Positions 1 through 9,874 of a DNA stretch of 64,000 nt are shown here, piece after piece. The stretch spans positions 1-64,000 of IMG/VR virus record IMGVR_UViG_3300042386_001493; one strand, given 5' to 3'. Within the stretch, counting starts at the first letter, position 1, and each line of letters begins with the position of its first letter. The notes beneath the pieces are model-generated. The model searched no databases. It was not told where the DNA came from and saw only the letters and a program-made list of their open reading frames with translations. This DNA is from a virus (taxonomy: Duplodnaviria; Caudoviricetes). The translations under genes and the position numbers were made by a program.

Positions 1-2
1 TT

Positions 3-191
3 TGCTGCAATTGCCTGAAGTCTTACAATTTCAACAGTAGCAACATTAAACGGAACATCTGGTTTAATGATTAATTTAGCAATCATTGTTAAGGCGGTTG
101 TTAACTCTTCGTCATTCATATAGTCAGCAATCTCAGTCAAACCATTGACCATATCTATAGTTGTTCCTGTTTGTTTAACTTGCTCTATCAT
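3..191 (-). CDS. Hypothetical protein, truncated by the window edge (MIEQVKQTGTTIDMVNGLTEIADYM...)
   Basis: ATG at 191 just after the stop of the upstream ORF; frame stays open to the window start; not in the ORF track. Confidence 0.7.
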   Translation of the reverse strand, partial: MIEQVKQTGTTIDMVNGLTEIADYMNDEELTTALTMIAKLIIKPDVPFNVATVEIVRLQAIAA

Positions 192-192
192 T

Positions 193-483
193 TTACTTAC
201 CCTCCGTTAGTTGTTCTAAAAGATCCATTTCAATTATAGCAAGCCTTACCTTTGTATTACCTTCTCCAAGTATTACAACAATTGCTGGAGACTTATCAAT
301 CCCCGACTTTATTGAATCAGTAACAGCCTTAGCCCATACATCTTTATTTAATGTAAAAGATTTTCCAACTTCTTTAAAATCAACTATAAAGTTTCTCCAA
401 GTTGCATCGCCTTTTTTATTATTGCGACCAGAGTTTTTATGTTGTTTAGCCCCAATTCTTTTAGATTCGCTTCTTTCACTCAT
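193..483 (-). CDS. Holliday junction resolvase-like PD-(D/E)xK nuclease
   Basis: SE..NSGR..KGDA..VDFKE pattern; lies downstream of RecA; start at MSERSE (483). Confidence 0.6.
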   Translation of the reverse strand: MSERSESKRIGAKQHKNSGRNNKKGDATWRNFIVDFKEVGKSFTLNKDVWAKAVTDSIKSGIDKSPAIVVILGEGNTKVRLAIIEMDLLEQLTEGK

Positions 484-658
484 TAACAAAATCCTTCTTT
501 TTTCTTTTTGGTGGAATTAACCCAACTTTAGATATATGTTTTTTAGAACACATCCAGGTTGCATCACCAGTTTCTCTCCAATACCTTAAAGAACTAACTT
601 CTTCTTGACAAGTTTTGCATGGAAACTTGCCTGGATATATTGTAAAATTGTTAGACAT
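476..658 (-). CDS. Small zinc-binding protein
   Basis: CKTC...CSKKH; overlaps both neighbours in operon fashion. Confidence 0.6.
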   Translation of the reverse strand: MSNNFTIYPGKFPCKTCQEEVSSLRYWRETGDATWMCSKKHISKVGLIPPKRKKKDFVNE

Positions 659-1664
659 TACTTAGTTTAGTCCTTAACTGTTGTTGTAAGTCTAAATCTT
701 CTTTTATTCTATTAATAATTCCTTCTCTTCCTTGTACCTTTGTACCGTCATCTAATTGATACCAGGCTCCAGTTCTATTTAATAGACCAACTGACTCAGC
801 CGTATCAACAAGATCACCAATAGCGTCAATGCCAATATTATCTCCACGGAAATAGAAATCGTATTCCCCAGATTGGAATCCAGGAGACGTTTTAGAAAAT
901 TGTAACTCCCAACGAATCTTTCTACCAATCTTTTCTTCAATGAGTTTATCGCCAACCTTAATCTTACCTTTGATAGCCTGATTGTCGGACTCAGAGGAAA
1001 ATAACTTGATAACACAAGATGAATAGAATTTAGTAGCCTGCCCACCAGAAGGCTGCTGGCTAGTATACATAGCACTAATATTGTTACGGCTCTGACTAAT
1101 AAGAACCAAAAGAGTTGGCTTAATTTTATTATTTGCATAATTAAGCATTTTCCAAGCGTTACTAAAATCACGAGACTCCGCTCCAATCTGTTTTGTATTT
1201 TCTAAAGCCTTCATTTCATCTGTATCTTTTTCAAAATATATGGCAGGAAGCATAGAAGTTATAGAGTCGATGACAATTAAATCAACTCCAGCATTTATAA
1301 GTCCAACACCAACATCTACCATATCGCTAATAGTTCTTGCTTGAGAGTAAATTAATTTTGTTGGATCAACCCCTAATTTCTTTGCCCAATCTTCAGAGTA
1401 TGACATTTCAGAATCAATCCATGCACAGACCTTGCCTTCTGCTTGCGCCAAAGCAATCATCTGTAAACACATAGATGACTTAGCCGATGACTTACTTCCC
1501 CATACCAGGACTTGTCTACCGTATGGTAGTCCACCGCCTAGGGCACGGTTTAATCCAAAACTTGGTGTTGGTTGATAATCAAAACTAATACCTTCGCCAG
1601 TTCCAAGTCGTTTTCTAAGTCTTGGATCTAATTGAGATAATACATCTTCTACACTAACTGACAT
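651..1664 (-). CDS. recA: RecA-family recombinase
   Basis: ALGGGLPYGR, variant Walker A GSKSSAKS, WIDSE, Walker B LIVIDS, SGGQATKFYSS, GAWY, QG motifs. Confidence 0.95.
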   Translation of the reverse strand: MSVSVEDVLSQLDPRLRKRLGTGEGISFDYQPTPSFGLNRALGGGLPYGRQVLVWGSKSSAKSSMCLQMIALAQAEGKVCAWIDSEMSYSEDWAKKLGVDPTKLIYSQARTISDMVDVGVGLINAGVDLIVIDSITSMLPAIYFEKDTDEMKALENTKQIGAESRDFSNAWKMLNYANNKIKPTLLVLISQSRNNISAMYTSQQPSGGQATKFYSSCVIKLFSSESDNQAIKGKIKVGDKLIEEKIGRKIRWELQFSKTSPGFQSGEYDFYFRGDNIGIDAIGDLVDTAESVGLLNRTGAWYQLDDGTKVQGREGIINRIKEDLDLQQQLRTKLSNV

Positions 1665-4600
1665 TTACATCCTCCATTATAACGGTTCCATCTTTGGTTT
1701 TACCAAAACTAAATTTATACGATTTACCTTCTTCAATATGCATATATGCTTTAGGAAATGCAGTAGGAAATACTGTAACAGAGTGTAAGTCTCTAGCCGT
1801 ATCTGCTAAAGTTAAAGAAGCCATTTTCTTTCCAGCCTTTGTAATTCTTGGTTTAAAAGAAACTACAAACATTTCTTCCTCACTATATGGTAATTGTTTG
1901 TAACCTAAAAACTTAACAAGTGCATTTGAAGATTCTTTTATTTCATCAACAGGAATTGCAGAGACAATCCTATTGTCATTAGCAAGAACCAAATAAGTAC
2001 GACCCGTCTCAATAGTCGTTCCTTCTTCATCAAATATACCAACACTCCCAGTTTTGTCAAGAATTTCAACTCGTGACCATCCCTTTCCTCGTTTAATTGC
2101 TTTAACCATACCCATTAAAATGTATGATCCCTTTTCTTCAAATGAATCAACGTCTTGAATAAATGCATAATAGTGTGAGGGAATTGTTATGTTAAACTCT
2201 GGTAGATTTAAGTATTCATAAATATTTTCTTTAATCTCACTATCGTTTCTTTCATTATCGGCAAAGGTTGCTGCACCAATAAGTCTAAGAGCGTTAAGCG
2301 CTCTACTGTTTACGCCATTACCTTTTGTAAAGGTAAATTCTTCAAGTTCTTTGTATGTTTTAAATGGACGAGCAGCAATATATTTTTCAGCAATGTTATT
2401 AGAAATAAACTTAATTCCTGTTAGCCCAAACCTTATGCCTTTACCTTCAATTTTAAAATCAAGATCTGAATCATTTATATGAGGTAGTTTAACTGATATG
2501 CCCATACGTTTTGCTTCAATTAGATATTCTGTTCTACCGTCTTTATCCTTTTCATTTTTAAGAAGGGCAAACATAAACTCAAGTGGATAGTAGTATTTTA
2601 ACCACGCCGTCCAATACGAGAGCGTAGAGTAAGCAACCGCATGAGACTTGTTGAACGAGTATCCCGCATGCGCCTCAAAGTCATGCCATAGATCACGAGC
2701 CTGATTGGGAGCAATATAGGCAGAAGCACCAGTAATAAAACGTTCTTTATAAATATCGAACTCTTTTGCATCTTTCTTCTTTCCAATAATTTTACGTACC
2801 TTGTCAGCATCAGACATTGACATTCCACCTAGGTGAACACAAGCCTGCATAACTTGCTCTTGATACAGGATACACCCATATGTATCATCTGTGAACTCTT
2901 TCATAATTTGGTGGGTATAGGAAACATTCTGCTTACCATGCTTACGAGCAATATAGTCTTTACCAATAGTATTCATAGCACCTGGACGAACTAAAGCATT
3001 TGATGCTGCTAACTCATTAAAGTTCTTTACTCCCATTTTTACTAGGAGGTTTGTATATGGTGTTGCTTCACACTGGAATACACCTTTTGTATACCCGTCT
3101 GAAAGCATCTCATATACTTTGGGATCTGCCATATCAATTGATAAAAGATCGATGTCTTTGTAGTGATTTTGTTTAATCATATCAATAGCATCTTTTACTA
3201 CGCTTAAAGTTTTAAGACCTAATGCGTCAATTTTAATAAGACCAATCTTTTCAGCCTCTTCCATATCAACACCAACCACAGGAATGCGATCATCGGATCC
3301 AGGAGAAGAGCGAGTTTCCAATGGCGCATACCTAAATATTGGATCCTTACTAGTAACCACACCAGCAGCATGAATGCCAGTACCTCTAATACGACCACGT
3401 AATTGTTCTCCATAAATCTCCACCTCTGGATATTTTTCTCTAAACCACAGTGTAGTTTTAGAGGTACAATATTCATCCCAAGTATCGACTAACTTTAATA
3501 CTTTGTTAACATCTGTTAATGGTATATCTAAAACTCGTGCAACATCTCTTACAACACCTTTATCTTTAAACTCAAGGAATGTAGCAATAGATGCTACGTG
3601 TCTATACTGTCTAACTAAATAATCTTTTACTTCATCACGACGAGTATCTTGAATGTCCGTATCAATATCAGGAAAGTCGTTACGTTCTGGATTAATAAAA
3701 CGGAAAAACAAAAGACCATGTTCTATTGGATCAATTGTTGTAATACCAAGTAAATAACAAACTAAAGAACCAGCAGATGATCCACGACCTGGACCAACTA
3801 AAACACCTTCTTTTTTAGCCCAATTAATCATATTGCTTACTACAAGAAAATATGGTGCAAATTTTTTATTACGAATAATTTCTAACTCTTCGTCAAGTCT
3901 TTGTTCATAAATATCATTTCCAAGCCAGTTGTCGGTAAGCCGATATTTTTCAAGTCCTGCAAACGCTAAGTTTGCTAACTCTTGATCTGGGTTTTTATAT
4001 TGAACTGGTAAAAGATTTAGCCCATCTTTAATGTCATAGTCTTCTACTGTATCTGCTAAAAGTGTTGTGTTTGAGTATATGTCTGGTCGATCAATACCCT
4101 GCAGTTCCATTGCTGCCTTAATTTCTTCATAAGATAATAGATGGATATCAAATTTATTAAATGTTATTTGGCGGTCTTCTCCGTATAAATAGTCAAGTCT
4201 TTCCATCATATCTGTTTTCTTTTTAGACTTTTCGTATGTTGCTTCTTTGTTTATTTTTTCATGTGTATTTAAAATTAACTTAAATTCTTGTATTTCTTTT
4301 TGCAATGTATCTGAATGATGACAGTCTGGTGTAACAACAACCTTTATATCAAACTCATCAGCAAGTTCAATAAGATATTTATTTATTTCTGGTGTGTTGT
4401 GTGGCATAACCTCAATATAGTAATCGCTACCAAAGTTATCTTTAAACCAGTTAATGTTCTTTTTAGCAATTGCAAACTCTTGCTCTTCTAGTGCTTTAAC
4501 AATAACGCTACTAGGACAAGCAGAGGTTACAATAATTCCTTCTTTATACTTTTTAAGAATCTCAAAGTCAAACCTTGGTTTCTTAAAAAACCCATCTGTC

Positions 4601-4941
4601 CATGCAATTTCACTAATCTTGTTAAGGTTTTCCAAACCTTTTTGGTTCTTGGCTAGAAGGACAATGTGGTTATAGACAAGATCTTGTTGACCTTCTCTTT
4701 CAGACTTATCTCTTTTATCAGATATATCTGCACACATGTATCCTTCTAAACCAAGGATTGGCTTAATACCCTTTTCTTTTGCAGCACGATACAACTCTCT
4801 GTGACCAGAAAGTGTACCGTGATCTGTAATTGCAAGAGCGTTCATACCCAACTTGCTAGCACGGTCTACATACTCTTGTGGAGTTGCTATGCCGTCAAAT
4901 AGGGAGTAGTGAGTATGAACATGTAAGCCTACATAGTTCAT
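1654..4941 (-). CDS. dnaE: DNA polymerase III alpha subunit (family C) with PHP domain
   Basis: HVHTHYSLFDG, ITDHG, GPGRGSSAGSLV, PDIDTD, GIHAAGVV, KIDALGL, YQEQVMQ, YSFNKSHAVAY. Confidence 0.97.
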   Translation of the reverse strand: MNYVGLHVHTHYSLFDGIATPQEYVDRASKLGMNALAITDHGTLSGHRELYRAAKEKGIKPILGLEGYMCADISDKRDKSEREGQQDLVYNHIVLLAKNQKGLENLNKISEIAWTDGFFKKPRFDFEILKKYKEGIIVTSACPSSVIVKALEEQEFAIAKKNINWFKDNFGSDYYIEVMPHNTPEINKYLIELADEFDIKVVVTPDCHHSDTLQKEIQEFKLILNTHEKINKEATYEKSKKKTDMMERLDYLYGEDRQITFNKFDIHLLSYEEIKAAMELQGIDRPDIYSNTTLLADTVEDYDIKDGLNLLPVQYKNPDQELANLAFAGLEKYRLTDNWLGNDIYEQRLDEELEIIRNKKFAPYFLVVSNMINWAKKEGVLVGPGRGSSAGSLVCYLLGITTIDPIEHGLLFFRFINPERNDFPDIDTDIQDTRRDEVKDYLVRQYRHVASIATFLEFKDKGVVRDVARVLDIPLTDVNKVLKLVDTWDEYCTSKTTLWFREKYPEVEIYGEQLRGRIRGTGIHAAGVVTSKDPIFRYAPLETRSSPGSDDRIPVVGVDMEEAEKIGLIKIDALGLKTLSVVKDAIDMIKQNHYKDIDLLSIDMADPKVYEMLSDGYTKGVFQCEATPYTNLLVKMGVKNFNELAASNALVRPGAMNTIGKDYIARKHGKQNVSYTHQIMKEFTDDTYGCILYQEQVMQACVHLGGMSMSDADKVRKIIGKKKDAKEFDIYKERFITGASAYIAPNQARDLWHDFEAHAGYSFNKSHAVAYSTLSYWTAWLKYYYPLEFMFALLKNEKDKDGRTEYLIEAKRMGISVKLPHINDSDLDFKIEGKGIRFGLTGIKFISNNIAEKYIAARPFKTYKELEEFTFTKGNGVNSRALNALRLIGAATFADNERNDSEIKENIYEYLNLPEFNITIPSHYYAFIQDVDSFEEKGSYILMGMVKAIKRGKGWSRVEILDKTGSVGIFDEEGTTIETGRTYLVLANDNRIVSAIPVDEIKESSNALVKFLGYKQLPYSEEEMFVVSFKPRITKAGKKMASLTLADTARDLHSVTVFPTAFPKAYMHIEEGKSYKFSFGKTKDGTVIMEDVNVS

Positions 4942-4944
4942 CTA

Positions 4945-5601
4945 TTACCAGTCTACGTTGGTAGCAGATGAAGTTGTTGGACCGTCAAAGCCTAAGTAGA
5001 ATGCTTCTTGTTCAGCATAAGGAATTTTCTTTAATGCTAACTCAAGAGGATAAGGCTTAAATGCTGACCAGTCAAATGGCTCTGTATCTGGTGCACCTGG
5101 AATGGTTGTGTAACTTGTTTCAGTACCCTGACCATTTCGCTTTACTTTCCAGACTACGTTTGAGATGCTACCTGTTTCAAGTGCATACTCACGAATTGTA
5201 TTAAATGCTGATTGCTTGCTAACACCCATTGACCAAATAGCCACATACGGTGCTTCAATGCCATCGTCGACTAAAACATTGCAATAGAAACGAAGACGTG
5301 CTCTCCAGCCAGCCTTTACATCTTTACGATGCATTTCTTCTGCCCAGTCACGACCTTCTGATTCCATTGTGTCTACAGCCTTGCGCTTGTAGTCTTTTGG
5401 ATTTGTATGTTCCTTAACGACTAGAGCAAGACCACGGTCTGCATTATAATTTGCAGAGTCTTCATCTAATTCTTCAATGAAACGGATTTTTACTGCTTGT
5501 CCATCGGCAATTTTTAACCATCTTACCTTTGGAGAGTTTTCATCATATTTTGGTTTTTCGAGCAGGGCATTTATATTTTTTAGTCCCTTTACTACGCTCA
5601 T
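4945..5601 (-). CDS. Single-stranded DNA-binding protein (gp32-like)
   Basis: Between primase and polymerase; KIRF, RFYCNVLV, KRNGQGTETSY pattern; short acidic/aromatic tail (NVDW). Confidence 0.7.
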   Translation of the reverse strand: MSVVKGLKNINALLEKPKYDENSPKVRWLKIADGQAVKIRFIEELDEDSANYNADRGLALVVKEHTNPKDYKRKAVDTMESEGRDWAEEMHRKDVKAGWRARLRFYCNVLVDDGIEAPYVAIWSMGVSKQSAFNTIREYALETGSISNVVWKVKRNGQGTETSYTTIPGAPDTEPFDWSAFKPYPLELALKKIPYAEQEAFYLGFDGPTTSSATNVDW

Positions 5602-5623
5602 ATATTCTCCTTCGTTTGTTATA

Positions 5624-6547
5624 TTAGTTTAACATAGTTGATATAGATTTGTCAAATTGAAACTCTATGCTTCGAATTGCCTCATCATCCATATCGCCTA
5701 TATCTTTATATTTTTTATCTATGTTTATTACGGTCACTAATGAGCCAAGTTTTTCAATTAACTTATCTCTCATTATTGAACCAGCCTCGTCATTGTCTGC
5801 AACAAGAACAACATTGTTGAAGTATTTTGCTAACAGTTTGATCTGTGATGCAGATACGTTAGCCCCCAGAGTTGCCACTGCTGGGAATCCTACTTGGTCT
5901 AGCCTTATAGCATCAAAAGATGATTCAACTACATACACAATACTAGATGCTTTAATTCTGTGTAAGTTAAACAATATTTTACCTTTTGGAAGTCCTGGAG
6001 TATTTTTAAACTCTTTACCTTCTACAGATCGACCAACAAAGCCAAGTGTTAATCCATCTGGAGAGTGAACTGGTATAGTCAACATATCTTGTTTTTCTGA
6101 ATAACCAAGTCCAAACTTTTTAACTGAATCTTCTGTTATGTATCTTCCAGCATAATATCTCATTGCTCTTGGAGACTCTAGAGCCTGATTATTTAATCTT
6201 TTAATTAACACCTCGTCATACTGAACAAAATCTGGTGGAGCATACATTGCTTTATTAATTACACTCTCAATATTAGTTTCTGTTTGTTTGCTTTTTATAT
6301 ATCTTGCCGCTTCAAAATAAGTTCTACCAGTTACAAACATTACAAACTCTTCAAGATTTTTAGTTGTTTGACATCCAAAACAAAAGAATAGTCCACTATC
6401 TTTTGCAATTTCAGCAGCAGGAGTTCTAGTGTTATTATGATATGGACAATAGATTATGTAATCATTGCCAAACTCTGCTTCGACATCAATACCTGCACCA
6501 CTAAGCACTCTTTGTATTTGTTCTTTACTATAAATGTTATTTACCAT
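5624..6547 (-). CDS. dnaG: DNA primase (CHC2 zinc finger + TOPRIM)
   Basis: CPYH...CFGC zinc finger; VVES-FDAI and DNDEAG TOPRIM motifs; likely start MVNNIY at 6547. Confidence 0.92.
   Translation of the reverse strand: MVNNIYSKEQIQRVLSGAGIDVEAEFGNDYIIYCPYHNNTRTPAAEIAKDSGLFFCFGCQTTKNLEEFVMFVTGRTYFEAARYIKSKQTETNIESVINKAMYAPPDFVQYDEVLIKRLNNQALESPRAMRYYAGRYITEDSVKKFGLGYSEKQDMLTIPVHSPDGLTLGFVGRSVEGKEFKNTPGLPKGKILFNLHRIKASSIVYVVESSFDAIRLDQVGFPAVATLGANVSASQIKLLAKYFNNVVLVADNDEAGSIMRDKLIEKLGSLVTVINIDKKYKDIGDMDDEAIRSIEFQFDKSISTMLN
5626..5634 (-). promoter_or_regulatory. Extended -10 (TGTTAAACT) upstream of SSB
   Basis: Variant of the recurrent motif. Confidence 0.45.
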
Positions 6548-7760
6548 CTTCGTAATCCTTATATCTGTAATAACCTTTGTCAAAATCTACTTGTACTAAA
6601 AAGTCTCCCATAAAACCGTTACGATTTTTTCTAAATACACATTCAATAATATCACTATTTGTAGCACGACCTAATGCCATAACCCAGTCAGCATCGTAAG
6701 CAATTTGTCTAGACCATGCAGTCTGACCAAGTGTTGGTGCGCTGCTTAAATCTTTTACATCGTCAGGAGTAGCAGAAGAAATAGCAATAATTGGAACCTC
6801 TTCTGATATAGCCATTAACTTTAATTCACGAGAAAGGTTTTTCATTCTAACTGTTTCATTCTCAGATTTTTGATTTGGAGACATAAGTTGTAAATAGTCT
6901 ACAATTATAAAGTCTGGTTTATACTGATCAATTTTTCCACGAATAACAGATGGGTTTACTTCTCCACCACTATCATTAGAGATAATATGAAACTCTGGTT
7001 TGCCTTCTATTTTATTTTTATGCCAATTCTTTAACATATCAATTTCAACTTCACCATTGCTAAGTTTGCGATGAGACCAAAGACCTTCACCCATAATAGC
7101 AAACACACGATTACGAACTTCTGTCTCAGACATTTCTAAAGAAATAACTAATGGAGACTTACCTTGTTTCCATGCCTGAACTGCAAAGTAAAGTGCTAGC
7201 CATGATTTACCAATTCCAGGATAAGCCAAAAAGACACCTAGTTGTCCTGGCATAATTCCAGAAGGTAGGTAGTTATCAAATCCTGGTAAACCTGTTTTAA
7301 TTCCAATTTGACCAGTCTCTTTTTGTTCTTTAATCTTTTCAAAATATGCAACGGCAGACTCTAGGTCTGTTGCATCAATATCACGTATGGCAGATGTATT
7401 CTTTTTTAGTTCAGATGTTTTTGTAATAAGACCATTAAGGGCTTCTGTGCCATTACCAGTTTGAACTTCTCCTGCTGCAGATCTTAAAATATCTTTTAGG
7501 CTATCGTTTAAGTATTCAGTCTGTAACTCTTCAAGATGGTGTTTAGTTGCACCAACATTCTCTACTGGCTGGAAGTCTCTAAACTTTTCTACAACCAAAG
7601 AGGTTGGAGGAACTACACTATTATTTTCAAAATACAACCTTATAAAATTCCAAACATCATTATGAGTCCTAAGAAGGTTTTCAACATTAGCCTGTAGAAG
7701 TACGTGCATTTGTTTGTCTTGTAATAATGCTGAGATAACTCTTGCTTCTGTATTATTCAC
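6537..7760 (-). CDS. dnaB: Replicative DNA helicase (DnaB family)
   Basis: Walker A AYPGIGKS, SLEMS, IVDYLQLM, IAYDAD, KNRNG. Confidence 0.95.
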   Translation of the reverse strand: MNNTEARVISALLQDKQMHVLLQANVENLLRTHNDVWNFIRLYFENNSVVPPTSLVVEKFRDFQPVENVGATKHHLEELQTEYLNDSLKDILRSAAGEVQTGNGTEALNGLITKTSELKKNTSAIRDIDATDLESAVAYFEKIKEQKETGQIGIKTGLPGFDNYLPSGIMPGQLGVFLAYPGIGKSWLALYFAVQAWKQGKSPLVISLEMSETEVRNRVFAIMGEGLWSHRKLSNGEVEIDMLKNWHKNKIEGKPEFHIISNDSGGEVNPSVIRGKIDQYKPDFIIVDYLQLMSPNQKSENETVRMKNLSRELKLMAISEEVPIIAISSATPDDVKDLSSAPTLGQTAWSRQIAYDADWVMALGRATNSDIIECVFRKNRNGFMGDFLVQVDFDKGYYRYKDYEDGK

Positions 7761-8061
7761 TGAGCCACCTCCTTGCTAATTTTCTTCGCTCTATTCGTTC
7801 TAATGTATCTTTTTCAAAATCTAGTTTACCGTTAATAATCTTTTCTGCATTATATGCAAAATAGTTCCAATTTGGTTCTTGTGCAATACTAAAATAATAT
7901 TCTAGCAAATCATAACAAGCAGAAATACCATAGGACTCTACTAAGGCATCAGCAGACCATTGCTCTACATTTAAATTTAAAGATGGCTTTTGCTCATACT
8001 TTGCTGTATGTAACTTACTGTACCTACTAAGCAAAGCCATGCGGTCTTTGCGTTCAGCCAT
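7753..8061 (-). CDS. Hypothetical protein in replication operon
   Basis: 102-aa ORF overlapping the dnaB start and the upstream stop. Confidence 0.7.
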   Translation of the reverse strand: MAERKDRMALLSRYSKLHTAKYEQKPSLNLNVEQWSADALVESYGISACYDLLEYYFSIAQEPNWNYFAYNAEKIINGKLDFEKDTLERIERRKLARRWLSE

Positions 8062-8273
8062 TAGTCTTTGCTATCAGCCTCTAATTGTGCTTCTTGAATT
8101 TTTTCAGTTAGTTTGTCTTCAACAAACTTATAGACTCTATCAAAAGCCTGATCTGAGTTTTCACCATCACGCTTAGAATCAACAACCCCTAGATCAATTC
8201 TTAAAGACTGAAAATTGCCCAGATTAAGTGTATATCCTAGAGTTACTGATACTTTTGTATTATTGTTTTCCAT
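8061..8273 (-). CDS. Small phage protein (VTLGYTLNLGNFQSLRIDLG)
   Basis: Start MENNN at 8273 with GGTGGGG RBS; NLGNFQS motif familiar from actinophage replication regions. Confidence 0.7.
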   Translation of the reverse strand: MENNNTKVSVTLGYTLNLGNFQSLRIDLGVVDSKRDGENSDQAFDRVYKFVEDKLTEKIQEAQLEADSKD

Positions 8274-8292
8274 ACCCCACCTTTTCTCTATT

Positions 8293-8835
8293 TTAAATGT
8301 TTTCAGACCAGATTGGAATATACCTTCCGTCATCTGTCTTTGTATATGTAAGTATACCTTTTCCCATTCGTCGTGTCAACTCTTGGTTCGTAGGCGTCAT
8401 ATTATTTGTTATTAGTCCATCTTTTCTTGGTTGCCCCATATGTATAGATGCCAGTATATCACGAATCACCTTCACTGCGCTTTCTGAATAGTATGATCTT
8501 ATTTGCCATCCAGTTCTTCCATTAATGGTAGATCCTACTGGTGGCGGAATAACTCCTTTTTTAATTAATGTTGGCATATATTTTCTATGACGATTAATTA
8601 ATCTAGCAGTCTCAGCAACCGTATACGCTTTTTCTCTATTTTTTCTAAAATCAGTTCTTAAGCAAGTCTCAACCCTATCTTTATTAATGTTATATACAGA
8701 CACTAAACCAGTAGATCTTGAACTATGGTAAAGCCTTACAAGGTCTCCATTAAGAAACCAAATTTTTTTACTTCCTTTTACTATAGACTCGTTATTGTAA
8801 GTTTGGCTCTCGATAATTCCTTTGCCAGTAACCAT
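8293..8835 (-). CDS. MerR-like helix-turn-helix DNA-binding protein
   Basis: YTVAETARLINRH...KKGVIPPP...RSYYSE winged-HTH pattern. Confidence 0.65.
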   Translation of the reverse strand: MVTGKGIIESQTYNNESIVKGSKKIWFLNGDLVRLYHSSRSTGLVSVYNINKDRVETCLRTDFRKNREKAYTVAETARLINRHRKYMPTLIKKGVIPPPVGSTINGRTGWQIRSYYSESAVKVIRDILASIHMGQPRKDGLITNNMTPTNQELTRRMGKGILTYTKTDDGRYIPIWSENI

Positions 8836-8972
8836 CTGCCCTCTCCGCTTTCAGTTGGTGGATGATAAAACCTTCTTGATCCACACCGAATACAATACGT
8901 TTCCATATGCTGTACGCTTGTATATTGTCTGTCAATAAACAAACGACCAGAACACTTACTACAAAAAATCAT
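8781..8972 (-). CDS. Small zinc-ribbon protein
   Basis: CSKC...CIRC; likely start MIFCSK at 8972. Confidence 0.65.
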   Translation of the reverse strand: MIFCSKCSGRLFIDRQYTSVQHMETYCIRCGSRRFYHPPTESGEGRWLLAKELSRAKLTITSL

Positions 8973-8985
8973 ACAAAAGTTACTT

Positions 8986-9429
8986 TTAGTTTGGAAGTCC
9001 GACAGCAATTAAGTTTACAGCCAAAGACAAGTTGCCAGAAGCATTAAACCTAACAAAGCCATCAACCTTAGAGGTTGTTATGTCTCGTAAAACAACTGTA
9101 ACGTTTTGTCCTGCTGCTTCGCCAGTAATATTTTTTGCTGTTGCCGTAACTATTGGAGGAAATTTAAATTCACTTTGAAACGAATAAGTAAAAGCCTTTT
9201 CATTGCCTGCGCTAACTGTGCTATTTGAAAAAATTGGAATATAGGCTCCTATTATTTTTGCATTTGATGTTTTTATTGTTTCTTTACTTGACGATCCGTT
9301 ATCAATAGTTGTAAAGTTATAAGTTGCAGAAGAGACCTGTGTAGACAAATCGTTTACTGCTTTTGCTAACTCATAGATATAAGTAACATCTAGTGGTTGC
9401 CCACGCTCTGGTAATGGTATTTTTGACAT
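8986..9429 (-). CDS. Minor tail protein with C-terminal H-type-lectin/gp53-like domain
   Basis: F..PPIVTAT...VNLIAVG C-terminus; last gene of tail module; AGGAGG RBS. Confidence 0.55.
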   Translation of the reverse strand: MSKIPLPERGQPLDVTYIYELAKAVNDLSTQVSSATYNFTTIDNGSSSKETIKTSNAKIIGAYIPIFSNSTVSAGNEKAFTYSFQSEFKFPPIVTATAKNITGEAAGQNVTVVLRDITTSKVDGFVRFNASGNLSLAVNLIAVGLPN

Positions 9430-9444
9430 TTATCCTCCTGTTTA

Positions 9445-9453
9445 ATTATACCA
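9445..9453 (-). promoter_or_regulatory. Extended -10 TGGTATAAT
   Basis: Upstream of start 9429. Confidence 0.6.
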
Positions 9454-9874
9454 AAGAAACTATACTTGATTCAAATATAGTTAATTCAGCATTTCTTGTC
9501 TTGTTAATTCCTTCAACCTGGACTGCAACCCTAACATTTATTGTAGCAGAATCTTTTTTAACAAATCCATATGTGTGTATTGGCGATGTTCCGTGATACT
9601 CATAGGTTCCGTTGTCAAATTTTACAAAAATATCATATTTGGGTCTAGTATTCTCATCACCCCAGACTGCAATTAAACTATTTCCGTTTCTCGAAAGATT
9701 TCCGCTTACAGGCTCAATGGTATTTGCAACTGCTGTAAATATTGAAGAATAATGAGAAGTTCTGTTTTTATCATCAGACACAATCCTGTATCTTAAAACA
9801 TACTCATTGTCGTCATTTACTGGTGGCAATTGACTCCTTGGAATAACTAATTTTTTAATCCCTGCATCAGCCAT
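9446..9874 (-). CDS. Minor tail protein (beta-rich)
   Basis: Position in tail-tip cluster; TAATG coupling with upstream gene. Confidence 0.5.
   Translation of the reverse strand: MADAGIKKLVIPRSQLPPVNDDNEYVLRYRIVSDDKNRTSHYSSIFTAVANTIEPVSGNLSRNGNSLIAVWGDENTRPKYDIFVKFDNGTYEYHGTSPIHTYGFVKKDSATINVRVAVQVEGINKTRNAELTIFESSIVSLV

Noticed and set aside
1654-7760. Inteins or introns in dnaE, dnaB or primase
   Set aside because: Protein lengths are normal; no splice-junction or homing endonuclease motifs seen
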